Below are positions 1-9,886 of a DNA stretch of 64,000 nt, one piece after another. Source of the DNA: an uncultured Armatimonadetes bacterium (GTDB lineage: Bacteria; Armatimonadota; Hebobacteria; Hebobacterales; Hebobacteraceae). Location: positions 309,302-373,301 of the forward strand of contig OY970296.1 of NCBI GenBank assembly GCA_963716175.1. Reading direction: 5' to 3'. The notes beneath the pieces are model-generated. The model saw only the letters and a program-made list of their open reading frames with translations. It searched no databases and had not been told where the DNA came from. Numbering within the stretch: position 1 is the stretch's first letter; every line of letters begins with the position of its first letter. Position numbers and translations under genes: made by a program.

Positions 1-255
1 AGGGTGGCCTACTACCAGGTGCGGAACGCGTTTCTGTTCACAAAGCGGAACCGCTGGCACGAAGGGAGCTTGCGGCGCCTGCAGTCGATCTGCGGCATCC
101 TTCGCTGGCACGTTACGCCTCGCCGCCTCCTTCATCCGACTCGGTTTGTGGCCCTCGCGCTGGGCTTCATCGCCGGGCTCTACCTGCTGGCGCGCGCCGA
201 GTCCCTGGCCCCGCCCGGAGGAAAGTGCGGGGCCGCGCGCGTCCCGACTGGCTGA
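1..255 (+). CDS. Partial CDS (3' end, runs off window start), glycosyltransferase-like C-terminus
   Basis: The frame is open from base 1 to TGA 253-255. The tail AYYQVRNAFLFTKRNRW plus one hydrophobic helix resembles the YYxxRN region near the C-terminus of many family-2 glycosyltransferases. It sits at the head of a co-directional glycan cluster. Confidence 0.4.
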   Translation, partial: RVAYYQVRNAFLFTKRNRWHEGSLRRLQSICGILRWHVTPRRLLHPTRFVALALGFIAGLYLLARAESLAPPGGKCGAARVPTG

Positions 256-270
256 GACTGAGGTTCGACC

Positions 271-1714
271 ATGGAATCACTGCCAAGCCAAACTGACAGC
301 CCGGTGGCGATCGGCGCACTTTCGCCGGAGAGGAGCCGCGCTCTGCTCCGGGTCGCCGCGCCTATCGGGCTCGGGATAACCTTCGGCGTCATTCTCCTGC
401 TGGCGGACTGGCGCGCGGTAACGGTGGTCCTCCTGGCCCTGGCCCTTTGTGGGATGGCTTTTCGCTATCCCTTTGCTGGCGTGCTAGTCTACCTCACTGT
501 TGCCATCACCAGCCCAGAGGAAATGGGGCTCAGCCCGGTCGTCTTCCGGCTCCAGCTAGTGTTTGCCCTGGTCTGTCTGGCGGCCGTCACACTACCCGGG
601 CTGCTGGCGGGCCAGCGCCAGAAATGGCACTGGTCCGGAACGGATAGGGCCCTCGCTGCTCTGTTCACGGCGGCCTGCCTTTCTGTTCCATTGGCTGCCT
701 CCAGGCTATTTGCGCTCACCGCCTGCTGGGAGATAGCGAAGGTTCTCTTCGCCTATTGGCTGGTGCGGCAGACAGCCACCTCGTACCGGCGGGTGCGCGC
801 CATCGTGTGGACCATACTGGGCGGTACTTCGTTCATTGGGCTGCTCTCCCTCTGGGGGTGGTCCATGGGCAAGGTGTTCGTGGGGGAGGCTGGGGTCGTC
901 AGGCTGCAGGGGCTGACCCCCTCGGCTGGCAACCCCAATACCCTCGCCAATACGCTGATAGCCAGCTTCCCGCTGATGGTGCTGCTTGCGGCGGCCGAGC
1001 CCAGACGGCGCGTGAAGCTCATCCTGCTGGCAACGGCCGGGGCTACTCTGCTGGCCGCTGTGCTCACCGGCGCGCGCGCGGCGATGGTGAGTCTAGTGCT
1101 GGTCGTGTTCCTGCTGGTGCTGGCATCCAGGAGGAAGGCCGTCGCCGTGGTCGTGCTGACCGGCCTGCTTGGCGTGTTGTGGTTCAAGCTTCCGCCCGAT
1201 CTGAGGGAGCGCTACCTGACCCTGAGGACCTACCGGAACGAAGTCACCTACCAGATGCGGGCAGAGAACGTTGCCTCCGGTTTCCGGATGCTGCTCGACC
1301 ATCCGCTCACCGGCGTAGGCCTCTCCTGCTTCGCCACGGCGCGGGTCGAGCAGTACAACAAGAGCTGGGTCAGCCCCCACGATGTGTACGCCCAGGTGGC
1401 CTCGGGAGATGGGCCTGTTCGGCGTCATTGCCTTCGCGTTCTTCCTGTGGTCGGTTGTGAGGACCTGCCGGGCTGCTCGCAAGCTGTTGCCCCGCGCTGA
1501 ACTCGATGCCGCGGACCGGCGCTGGCTTGACCGGCTCTGCACTGCCATCATGATCATGCTGGCGGCCCTCATGGTCCAGGGCCTGGCCGGACAGAATCTT
1601 GGCCGCTGGCACTGGTACCTGGGGGCGGCCCTGGCAACGAACTGCCTTCAGATCGTCTCTGGCCTCGTCAGGACCCCGTCTGCCGAGATGGCCAGAGCCA
1701 GCGGGCAGGACTGA
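271..1714 (+). pseudogene. O-antigen ligase/polymerase-type (Wzy/WaaL-like) polytopic membrane protein, frame broken at GGG 1404-1406
   Basis: ORF 271..1500 is strongly polytopic and reaches ...SPHDVYAQVAS. The expected continuation EMGLFGVIAFAFFLW plus further helices lies in the +1 frame (ORF 1382..1714). Removing one G at 1404-1406 joins them into about 480 aa. Confidence 0.6.
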
Positions 1715-1727
1715 GGGAGGCCGGTCG

Positions 1728-2915
1728 GTGGCGGCATTGGCCACAACTATCCTGTACCTGCTCGCTGCCGGCCTGCTGCTGGCGGTCCTGCATCTGTGGG
1801 CGCTGGCCCTGGTGGGACTGCTGCCGACAAAGAGAAGGACGACGCCGGGCACATGCGAGCCGAAGTTCATCATCGTGGTGCCCGCGCACAACGAGGAGAA
1901 GGATTTGCCAGGGCTGCTGGCGAGCCTGAGCCGCCTCGATTACCCGCTCGATCGCTACCAAGTCTGGGTTGTCGCGGACAACTGCACTGACAGCACCGTG
2001 CTGATCGCGCACGAGGCCGGCGCCTACTGCATCGAGCGCGCGGATCCAGCTCGCCTGGGCAAGGGCTATGCGCTCCAGGCGGCCTTCACCCACGCAATCG
2101 CCTGCGACGCGGACGCGGTGGCGGTAATCGACGCAGACACCACGGCTTCCCCCAGCCTGCTGAGGGAGTTCGCTCGCCGCATGAAGGCGGGGCCGGCAGC
2201 GCTCCAGGCCTCCTACCGGATGTCCGCAAAACCAGGCCCGTGGTCAGTCTGGCTGTCCGTCGAGAACCTGCTGGAAGAGCGCCTCTTCTACGGAGCGAGA
2301 GAGCGCCTGGGCTGCCCCACCTTGCTGCGAGGCAACGGCATGTGCTTCTCTCTGGAGGCGCTGCGGCTGGTGCCCTTCCGCTGTTTCTCGATCACAGAGG
2401 ACGTCGAGTACACGGTGGAACTGCTGAGAGCCGGCGTGCAGCCCCGCTTCGTGCCGGAGGCATCTGTGCTCTCGGAGTCTCCAGCCACCTTGGGCCAGAT
2501 CGCCCAACAGCGCGGGCGCTGGAGCGCCGGGCATTTCCAGCTTGCCTTGCGCGAGGCCCCCGGACTCCTCTTCCTCGGGCTGACCCGCAGGGATTTGGGC
2601 ATCTGCGAGTTCGCGGCGGCAATGCTCATCACCAGCAAGAGCGCCCTGGCCGGGCTCGCCGGCATCGGACTGGCCGGCGCCGGCCTCCTCCACTGGGGCC
2701 TTGGCCTGAGTCCAGGTCCGTTCTGGTGTTTTGCCACGGTCCTGGCGTTGATCTCGGCCTACTTCCTGACTGGGCTGGTGCTCTATCGTCCCTCAGCGCG
2801 TCAGGCGCTGGGACTGGCAGGCCTCCCCCTGCTGCTGGCATACCGGCTAGCGATACATGCGCGGGCCGCGCTCTCTTATCGCAGCGCCGGCTGGGTGAGG
2901 ACTGCCCGAAGCTAG
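1728..2915 (+). CDS. Family-2 glycosyltransferase with N- and C-terminal transmembrane helices
   Basis: Translation has FIIVVPAHNEE, DYPLDRYQVWVVADNCTDST, VIDADT and QQRGRWSAG (QxxRW-like). There are hydrophobic helices at both ends. GTG 1728 has GGAGG 7 nt upstream and lies 14 nt after the previous stop; the ORF track's longer start at 1599 overlaps the previous gene. Confidence 0.8.
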   Translation: MAALATTILYLLAAGLLLAVLHLWALALVGLLPTKRRTTPGTCEPKFIIVVPAHNEEKDLPGLLASLSRLDYPLDRYQVWVVADNCTDSTVLIAHEAGAYCIERADPARLGKGYALQAAFTHAIACDADAVAVIDADTTASPSLLREFARRMKAGPAALQASYRMSAKPGPWSVWLSVENLLEERLFYGARERLGCPTLLRGNGMCFSLEALRLVPFRCFSITEDVEYTVELLRAGVQPRFVPEASVLSESPATLGQIAQQRGRWSAGHFQLALREAPGLLFLGLTRRDLGICEFAAAMLITSKSALAGLAGIGLAGAGLLHWGLGLSPGPFWCFATVLALISAYFLTGLVLYRPSARQALGLAGLPLLLAYRLAIHARAALSYRSAGWVRTARS

Positions 2916-2944
2916 TGTAGCGCGCGAGCAGAGGTCATTCATTG

Positions 2945-4183
2945 ATGCCGACCACGGTTCTGCACCTGATCGCCAGCAACTTCCTCGGCGGACCCGAGCG
3001 ACAGATCCTTGGGCATGCCGACGCGGTCTCCCCCGCGCGGATACGCTGCCTCGTTGGTGGTTTCGTGGATGCGGGCCGCCCAAACGAACTGCTTGCGCAG
3101 GCGTCCGCGCGAGGTCACCGCACCTTCGCACTGGAAGCTCGCCGTCCCTGGTCCGCGGGGCAGGTAACGGACTTACAGCGGTATCTCCAGGACCAGCGGG
3201 TCCAGATCCTCTGCGCGCATGGCTACCGTGCGATTGCCGTTGGCCTGATCGCAGGCAGGCGAGCCGGCATCCCGGTATTGGCGTTCCCCAGAGGGTGGAC
3301 CGCGGAGAATCTGAAGGTCCGCCTCTTCCAGCTCATAATGGGCTATCTCCTGCGTTACGCGGATGCCGTGGTAGCGGTCTCTGAGGCGCAGGCCAGATAC
3401 ATCGAGTCGAGGTTCGGCGTGCGCCCCGCCAGAGTCTTTGCAGTCCACAACGCCGTTGACGCCGAGGCTTTCCCCAACGAACGGCACGGCAGCGATGACC
3501 TCCGTGCGGAGTTCGGGATACCGCCTGGCGCGCCGGTAGTCGTGTCCGCCGGACGATTGAGCCCGGAGAAGGGACATCGCCATCTGGTCGCTGCCGCGAG
3601 CGAAGCGCTCGCAGTCTGTCCAGACGCAAGGTTCCTGCTGGTGGGTGAAGGGCCGGAGCGCGCGAGGCTCGAGAGTGAGGTATCCCGGCTCGGCTTGGGA
3701 CGCCGCGTGCTGCTTGTGGGATTCCGGAAGGACGTCGCCCGCTTCTTGCTCGCCGCCGACCTGGTTGTGCTGCCTTCCCTGACGGAGGGGCTGCCCAATG
3801 TTCTGCTCGAGGCGGCGGCCGCAGGTCGAGCACGCGTGGCGACGGCGGTGGGAGGGGTTCCGGAGGTGATAGAGCACGGTGTGTCAGGGCTGTTGGTGGC
3901 ACCAGCCGACCCGGCCGCGCTCGCCAACGCCATCGCTGCTTGCCTCAGAGACAGCGGGCTGCGCCGGAAGCTCGGAGAAGCGGCGCGGATAGCGGCACGA
4001 GAGCGCTTCCGGTTCGATCATCAAGCGGGCTGCCTGGAGGCGATTTACGCGCAGCTCCTGCATCCGCTGTCTTGCTGGCAGTCAGTGGGGCCGTTCGAGG
4101 TGGATGGGTCCTCCTCATCTCTGTCGCTGCCCGATGTCTCAAGCTCCTCAGCCCGTGGAGGCGACGGTGCGAGCGGCCACTAA
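2945..4183 (+). CDS. GT-B fold glycosyltransferase, family 4 (group 1)
   Basis: N-terminus LHLIASNFLGGPERQIL and C-terminal domain LPSLTEGLPNVLLEAAAAGRARVATAVGGVPEVIEHGVSGLLV are typical GT4 motifs. Confidence 0.85.
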   Translation: MPTTVLHLIASNFLGGPERQILGHADAVSPARIRCLVGGFVDAGRPNELLAQASARGHRTFALEARRPWSAGQVTDLQRYLQDQRVQILCAHGYRAIAVGLIAGRRAGIPVLAFPRGWTAENLKVRLFQLIMGYLLRYADAVVAVSEAQARYIESRFGVRPARVFAVHNAVDAEAFPNERHGSDDLRAEFGIPPGAPVVVSAGRLSPEKGHRHLVAAASEALAVCPDARFLLVGEGPERARLESEVSRLGLGRRVLLVGFRKDVARFLLAADLVVLPSLTEGLPNVLLEAAAAGRARVATAVGGVPEVIEHGVSGLLVAPADPAALANAIAACLRDSGLRRKLGEAARIAARERFRFDHQAGCLEAIYAQLLHPLSCWQSVGPFEVDGSSSSLSLPDVSSSSARGGDGASGH

Positions 4184-5804
4184 GCTCGACTGGTGGGATG
4201 GGCTATGCGTCGCGGCATTGGCGGCGTTCGGGACGCTGTATGCGCTCCGGTTTCTCAGCCCGGTGTTCCACCCTCATCCGAGCGAAGACGCGGCCATCCT
4301 GATGCGCTATTCGCAGCATCTCGCCCAGGGTCACGGCATCGTCTGGAATATCGGTGACAAGCCTGTGGACGGGGCCACGGACTTCCTTTTCATGGTCTTG
4401 ATAGCAGGGCTGGCCAGGCTCGGCGTAGCCGTCGAGAGCGGGGTTCGCCTGGCGACGCTGCTGTCGCACCTGGCAACCATCGTGCTCGTGTATCTTGCCA
4501 CCCGGAAGCTGCACGGCGCCAGCCGCTTCGCCGGCCTGGTCACGGCCGGCTACCTGGCCATAGGCCCAGCGCCACGCTACATCGGGTCGGGCTTCGGCAC
4601 GCCGTTCTTCGCGTTGTCCGTGTGTTCCACTTGGTGGCTGGCCAACTCGCTGGCCGGTGGAAGCGCCTCATTGGGCAGATCGCTGGCGTTCGCTTCCTCC
4701 GGACTGGTCATGGGCCTGATCAGGCCGGAAGGCGCGCTGCTGGCCATACTGATGCTGCTGGCCGTGATCTATCTCAGGGGGCTGAACCGGTCTCGACTCG
4801 CTCTGCTCTGTTTCGTCGGCACCTTCGCACTCGCGGGAGGGGCCTATTTCCTGTGGCGGTGGCACTATTTCGGGTATCCTCTGCCAAACCCTTACTACAA
4901 GAAAGGAGGAGGCCACCTCTATCCCGAGGGCCTGATGGATGCCGTCAGCAACACTATCCAGATGAGTCTGCCTTTTTCCCTGGCCTACTTGCTGGGCCTG
5001 CGCTCGCGTGAGCTGACGAAGCGGACGATCTTCTCGCTGATACCAGTGGTCGGCTTCACCGGGCTGTGGCTGTTGCTGTCCAACGAGATGAACTACCTCG
5101 GGCGCTTCCAGTATCCGATCGTGCCCGTCATCCTGATGTCGTGGCCCTCCCTGGTCCAGGGCCTCGGCTCGGAGTGGCGGCTGCCTCGGCTGCAAGAGCT
5201 GGCCCCTCGCAGCCGAGCAGTGGCGGCGCTACTGGTGGCGGTGATGTTGGCGGGCATCGGGCTGTACCAGAAGAGACGCTATGGCGGAGTCATCTATTTC
5301 TACGATGGGAGATGCGATGTCGCGCACATGCTGAGCGACTATGCCAGCAAGCAGTACACGATGGCCACAACGGAAGCCGGGCTTCTGCCCTTCTACTCCG
5401 GATGGCGTGACCTGGACACCTGGGGACTGAACGACCCGTGGATTGCCCGCAACGGCGGAGTGACCGAGGCCTATCTGGAGAGCCGTAAGCCCGAGGTCAT
5501 CATGTTCCACGCCCCCTTCTCTCCGCTGGTGCCTCCCAACGGCAGCAGCGCCTGGTTCCACATGGTGATGGTGCTGCATCGCTTCGCCCAGAAGCACGGA
5601 TACCGTCTCGCGGCAGCGTTCGGCGAGACGCCTTTCAGAACGCACTATTACTACGTCCGCCCCGACTTCCCCGAGAGCGAGGCGATCGTGAGCAGGATTC
5701 GGACGATGGACTACACCTGGTACGCCAACGGCAAGCAGGCGATCAACTACGCCACCGTCACTCCTGCTGCCGGCCGCAAGGTTATGGAAGCAGCCAGGCC
5801 GTGA
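4134..5804 (+). CDS. Large polytopic membrane protein, possible GT-C-type glycosyltransferase
   Basis: About 10 hydrophobic helices are followed by a soluble ~170 aa C-terminal domain. An early loop reads DAAILMRYSQHLAQGHGIVWN...DGATDF. It sits inside the glycan cluster. The start is uncertain (4104/4134/4155) and it overlaps the GT4 3' end. Confidence 0.45.
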   Translation: MSQAPQPVEATVRAATKLDWWDGLCVAALAAFGTLYALRFLSPVFHPHPSEDAAILMRYSQHLAQGHGIVWNIGDKPVDGATDFLFMVLIAGLARLGVAVESGVRLATLLSHLATIVLVYLATRKLHGASRFAGLVTAGYLAIGPAPRYIGSGFGTPFFALSVCSTWWLANSLAGGSASLGRSLAFASSGLVMGLIRPEGALLAILMLLAVIYLRGLNRSRLALLCFVGTFALAGGAYFLWRWHYFGYPLPNPYYKKGGGHLYPEGLMDAVSNTIQMSLPFSLAYLLGLRSRELTKRTIFSLIPVVGFTGLWLLLSNEMNYLGRFQYPIVPVILMSWPSLVQGLGSEWRLPRLQELAPRSRAVAALLVAVMLAGIGLYQKRRYGGVIYFYDGRCDVAHMLSDYASKQYTMATTEAGLLPFYSGWRDLDTWGLNDPWIARNGGVTEAYLESRKPEVIMFHAPFSPLVPPNGSSAWFHMVMVLHRFAQKHGYRLAAAFGETPFRTHYYYVRPDFPESEAIVSRIRTMDYTWYANGKQAINYATVTPAAGRKVMEAARP

Positions 5805-7573
5805 GCGCGCATGCACCCGACAACCCGCCCCCGGGCCGGCCCACCTTCTCGCTCGTTGTGCCAATGCGCAACGAGCAGGGCTACGTTGAGGAGACCCTGC
5901 GCTCGCTCTTGGCCCAGCAGTATCCTCGGGACGCTGTCGAGATCTTGGTCGTGGACGGCTGCTCGGACGATTCCAGCCGCGCTGTCGTGGCCCGCATGGC
6001 GCATGAGCATGCGAATCTCTGCCTGCTCACTAACCCGGGGCGCTTGCCGGCTGCTGGCCGCAATGTCGGCATCCGAGCCGCCCGCGGCCGGTTCATCGGC
6101 ATCGTGGACTGCCACTCCTTCGTGCGGCCTGACTTTCTCGCCACGGCCGAGCGGTTGTTTGAGGAGACCGGCGCGCACTGCCTAGGCCGGCCCGTGGAGC
6201 TGTTCATTCGGACTGATTCCTATCTCCAGCGCGTTATCGGGGCGGCGCGGACATCATGGTTGGGCCACAACCTGGTCTCGCCCCGCTACAGCTTGGCCCG
6301 CGGTGCTATCAGCCCGCTCAGCGTTGGCATCCTCTACTGCAAGGAGGTGTTCGATCGAGTCGGCCTCTTCAACGAGGAGTTCGGCGCCTGCGAGGATGTC
6401 GAGTTCAACTTCCGCCTGAGCCAGGCGGGTGTGAGCACATGGACCGACCCGGCGCTGCAGGTCTACTATCACCCCCGCGGGTCGCTGGGGGCGCTGTTCA
6501 GGCAGATGAGGCGCTACGGGTACTGGCGCTACCGGCTGCTGCGGGGGCAGCAGAGGGCTTTCCACATGTCACAGGCAGCCCCCGCGGCCGCCCTGGCGCT
6601 GGCGGCGTTGACCATGCTTCCTGCCGCCTTGGGGGTACTGCCGCCAGCAGTGCCGGGAGCCCTGGTCGCGGGCTATGCTGCCCTAGTGGCTCTGGCCTCG
6701 GTGCGCGCGAGTCTGGCCCGAGGGCTGAGATACCTGCCGCTGCTCCCGCTGGCCTACGCTACCATTCATCTTGGCGCCGCGGTTGGCTTCTGGTCGGGTG
6801 TCTTCTCGGAAATGGGTCACAGCATCAGGCAGGTCCTGGTGAGGGCGGCGCGCTGGCGCGGCAGCGCTGGTGGACCATCGTGGGAGGAGACGTATGCCTC
6901 GCAGCGGCGCGCCAACAGCGGCTTCCTGGCGAGAGGCCTGAGGATGCGAACGGCCGCGGCAATCCAAGCGCTGAGCCTGTGCGTCTCTCCTCGCCAGCAG
7001 TTCTCGCTCCTCGATGTAGGAAGCGCGGGCGGTGAAATGCTGCCATCTCTGCGACAGGCATTCCCAGGGATCATCCCTATCGGCCTCGACCGTTCCCGCG
7101 ATCTCCTGACCTCAAGAGTGGCGCCTGACCTGGCGGTCCAAGCCGATGCCATCATGTTACCTTTCAGAACCCACTCCTTCGATGCCTGCCTGCTGGCGTC
7201 CGTCCTCAAGCATGTCAGCAGGGCGGATCAGGCTCTGGCTGAGATCGCGCGAGTGGTGAGGCCGGGTGGCGCGGTGGTGATCATAGACCCGAGCGCCCTG
7301 GCCATCAGAGTCGGGTGTCTGACGGGCTATCTGCACCGTTCCTCGATCGCCCACCGGTTCACTCTCCGCGACCTGCGCCGGATGCTCGCCGGCGCTGACC
7401 TGGAGACCGTCGCCACGCGTTTCCTGGTTGTGCACACGCGGTGGCCATGGCTCGACTCAGCACTGAACCGAGCGGTCAAGGCGCTGGGGCTCTTTCTGTT
7501 CATCCCGACCTGGGTCGTCCTAGTGTGTAGGCCAAGAGCGGGCGCTCTGGAGGGCCGCCTGGCAGAGCGCTGA
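5801..7573 (+). CDS. Fusion: GT2 glycosyltransferase, membrane helices, class I SAM-dependent methyltransferase
   Basis: N-terminal part has FSLVVPMRNEQGYVEETLRSLLAQQYP...VVDGCSDDS (GT2). The middle has 3-4 helices. The C-terminal part has LLDVGSAGGEM...DAIMLPF...LASVLKHV...VVRPGGAVVIIDP (methyltransferase type 11 motifs). The GTG start overlaps the previous TGA (GTGA). Confidence 0.8.
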   Translation: MSAHAPDNPPPGRPTFSLVVPMRNEQGYVEETLRSLLAQQYPRDAVEILVVDGCSDDSSRAVVARMAHEHANLCLLTNPGRLPAAGRNVGIRAARGRFIGIVDCHSFVRPDFLATAERLFEETGAHCLGRPVELFIRTDSYLQRVIGAARTSWLGHNLVSPRYSLARGAISPLSVGILYCKEVFDRVGLFNEEFGACEDVEFNFRLSQAGVSTWTDPALQVYYHPRGSLGALFRQMRRYGYWRYRLLRGQQRAFHMSQAAPAAALALAALTMLPAALGVLPPAVPGALVAGYAALVALASVRASLARGLRYLPLLPLAYATIHLGAAVGFWSGVFSEMGHSIRQVLVRAARWRGSAGGPSWEETYASQRRANSGFLARGLRMRTAAAIQALSLCVSPRQQFSLLDVGSAGGEMLPSLRQAFPGIIPIGLDRSRDLLTSRVAPDLAVQADAIMLPFRTHSFDACLLASVLKHVSRADQALAEIARVVRPGGAVVIIDPSALAIRVGCLTGYLHRSSIAHRFTLRDLRRMLAGADLETVATRFLVVHTRWPWLDSALNRAVKALGLFLFIPTWVVLVCRPRAGALEGRLAER

Positions 7574-7627
7574 GCCTGGCCAGGCGGCGCCGAGGGGTCA
7601 TTGGCACGGTTCTTGCATAGGTCCAAG

Positions 7628-9886
7628 ATGCGCCCGCCGGGGGGCTTTGTCCACGGAGGGCCTGGGGTGCTGGGGTCAGAGCGTGGCGCGCATCATCCGA
7701 TTCGAGAGCAGCAGACAGTGCGAGCGCAGGACCAGACGGCGCAGCCGACAGCCACCGTTCCGGCCGCTCCCAAGGCTGAGCCGAATCAGCCGCTAGGAGC
7801 CCTCTGGGAGGATATCAGGTCGCTCGGGAAGCAGTCGCTGATCTACGGCGCCGGGCTGTGGGCGACGAGCGCCGCGGGGTTCGTGCTAGTCCCACTCTAC
7901 GTCCGCCGTCTCTCGCCTCACGACTACGGCCTGCTCGAGATCCTGAACCGGACCTCAAGCATCCTTTCCACCTTTGCTCTCGCCGGGATGGTGCTGGCAG
8001 TCCTCCGGTTCTACTACCTCTACGATCGGCCAGAAGAGCGGCGCCGCGTGATCAGCAGCGCCCTGGCGTTTTCCTTCCTTACTTCGTGCTTGATCCAGAG
8101 CGCCATCGTGGTGTTCTCCCACGATCTCAGCCGCCTGCTGCTGGGCTCGCCTGACTACGCCGCGCTGTGCGTGCTTGCCGGCTTCATCACGATTGCGGAC
8201 ATGCTCTCTCTTCTCCCTGGCACGCTGCTGCGAGTCCGGGAGCAAGTGCTGCTGTACACCGTTTTCTCGGTCGCCAAGTTCGCTCTCGCCATCACGCTCA
8301 ACATCTGGTTTGTCGTCGGGCTGGGCCGCGGGCTACCCGGAGTCATGGAGGCCAACTTGGCAGCCAGCGCCGCGGTCGGGCTGGCGGTTGCGGTCTACTG
8401 CCTGCGCGCGGTCGGGCTCCGAGTATCAGGCACGATGCTGAGAGCCATGCTGGCTTTCGGCCTGCCGGTTGCTGCGGCAGGGATCCCAGGCATTATCACC
8501 GAGAACCTCGATCGCTACCTGCTGCTCCATATGAGATCAGCCGCGGAGGTCGGCATCTACGCCCTGTCGGTCAGATTCGGGACGCTGCTATCCCTCCTTT
8601 TGTTTCAGCCCTTCGGCTTCATCTACTCGCAGTTCATGTTCAAGGTGGCAGATCGCCCGGACGCCAGCCGGATCTACGGCAAGGTGACTACCGTGGTCAC
8701 GGCGCTCGGGGTGTGGCTGACGGTGGCGCTTGCGACCTTCGCTCCCGACATCGTCTCCCTGGTCTCGCCGGGTAAGGCCTACGCCCTGTCCGGCGTGGTC
8801 GCTCCCGTCCTTCTCATAGGCTATCTCTTCTATGGGGTAAGCCCTCTGCTCGAGGTGGGGATCTACCTGCAAAGGAAGACTCTCTGGAAGCCAGCAATAG
8901 TTGCCGTCCAGGCGGTGGCATGCACCGTTCTCTTGTGGCAGTTCGTCCCCCGCTGGGGCGCAACCGGAGCAGCATGGGCACTGGTCGGCTCCGAGGCCGT
9001 TCTCTGCCTCTGCCTTTACCTGGTGGCACGGCGGCTGTTCCGGATCTCCTACGAATGGCCTCGCCTGGCCGCGCTGCTCGCGGTGCTGGTGGCAGCCATT
9101 GCGCTTGGCGCCAGGCTCGCCGGATCTCCCTCCCACCTTGGTTTCGTGAGCAGGCTGGGCTTGGTCGCTGGAGTGGCCCTCCTGGTGGGAGCCACTGCCG
9201 TGTTGAGACCCAGGGCAGGGATAGGTACGGCGCGCCTGTCCTCCTTTGCCTCGTGCCTGCCTAACCTGATCCCTAGCGGCGCCCGGCGTGCCGCCCGACT
9301 TGCCGCAGAGCCGTTGATACGAGGCGCCTGGCATCTGGACCCAGGGGTGCTGATAGTACGATATCACTCCATTTCGGATCCGTCGGACCCCGGCAACCCC
9401 ATCTCGCCTGGCATCTGCACCAGCCCTGCAGATTTCTATGAGCAGATGGCACTGCTCGCGGCCCAGGCGACGCCAGTCTCTCTTGACACGGTGCTCGACG
9501 CGTTCGACCGAGGAGTCAGGCTGCCTGCGCGTCCCGTGGTGGTGACCTTCGATGACGGTTACGCGGACAACTGCGAGATCGCTCTGCCGATTCTTCGGGA
9601 CCGTGGAATCCCCGCGGCTTTCTTGATCACGACCGGATGGACAGGTACGGATATCGAGCCCTGGTTCATCGCTATCAGGTCAGCTTTCTCGGCAACCCGC
9701 CGGCGGTCGTGGGCACCAGCGCCCTCAGACCGCGAGTACCCGCTTGACTGCGAAGACGGTCGGCGCGCCGCGCGGCGCGCCGCCGCACGCATCCTCGCGC
9801 GGCTAAGTCTCGCCGAGCAGGAAACGTGGCTGGGACAGCTTCGCCGCGAACTGGAGATCGACGCGCCGGCCAGGGGGCCCCCCTGA
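7628..9886 (+). CDS. Fusion: Wzx-like polysaccharide flippase (MOP superfamily) plus N-terminal half of a NodB polysaccharide deacetylase
   Basis: About 12-14 helices starting LGKQSLIYGAGLWATSAAGFVLVPLYVRRLSPHDYG are typical of polysaccharide biosynthesis flippases. They are followed by VLIVRYHSIS...PVVVTFDDGYADNCEIALPILRDRGIPAAFLITTGW (NodB motif 1). The ORF ends at TGA 9884-9886 straight after a G5C6 run. The start is uncertain (7601/7628). Confidence 0.7.
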   Translation: MRPPGGFVHGGPGVLGSERGAHHPIREQQTVRAQDQTAQPTATVPAAPKAEPNQPLGALWEDIRSLGKQSLIYGAGLWATSAAGFVLVPLYVRRLSPHDYGLLEILNRTSSILSTFALAGMVLAVLRFYYLYDRPEERRRVISSALAFSFLTSCLIQSAIVVFSHDLSRLLLGSPDYAALCVLAGFITIADMLSLLPGTLLRVREQVLLYTVFSVAKFALAITLNIWFVVGLGRGLPGVMEANLAASAAVGLAVAVYCLRAVGLRVSGTMLRAMLAFGLPVAAAGIPGIITENLDRYLLLHMRSAAEVGIYALSVRFGTLLSLLLFQPFGFIYSQFMFKVADRPDASRIYGKVTTVVTALGVWLTVALATFAPDIVSLVSPGKAYALSGVVAPVLLIGYLFYGVSPLLEVGIYLQRKTLWKPAIVAVQAVACTVLLWQFVPRWGATGAAWALVGSEAVLCLCLYLVARRLFRISYEWPRLAALLAVLVAAIALGARLAGSPSHLGFVSRLGLVAGVALLVGATAVLRPRAGIGTARLSSFASCLPNLIPSGARRAARLAAEPLIRGAWHLDPGVLIVRYHSISDPSDPGNPISPGICTSPADFYEQMALLAAQATPVSLDTVLDAFDRGVRLPARPVVVTFDDGYADNCEIALPILRDRGIPAAFLITTGWTGTDIEPWFIAIRSAFSATRRRSWAPAPSDREYPLDCEDGRRAARRAAARILARLSLAEQETWLGQLRRELEIDAPARGPP

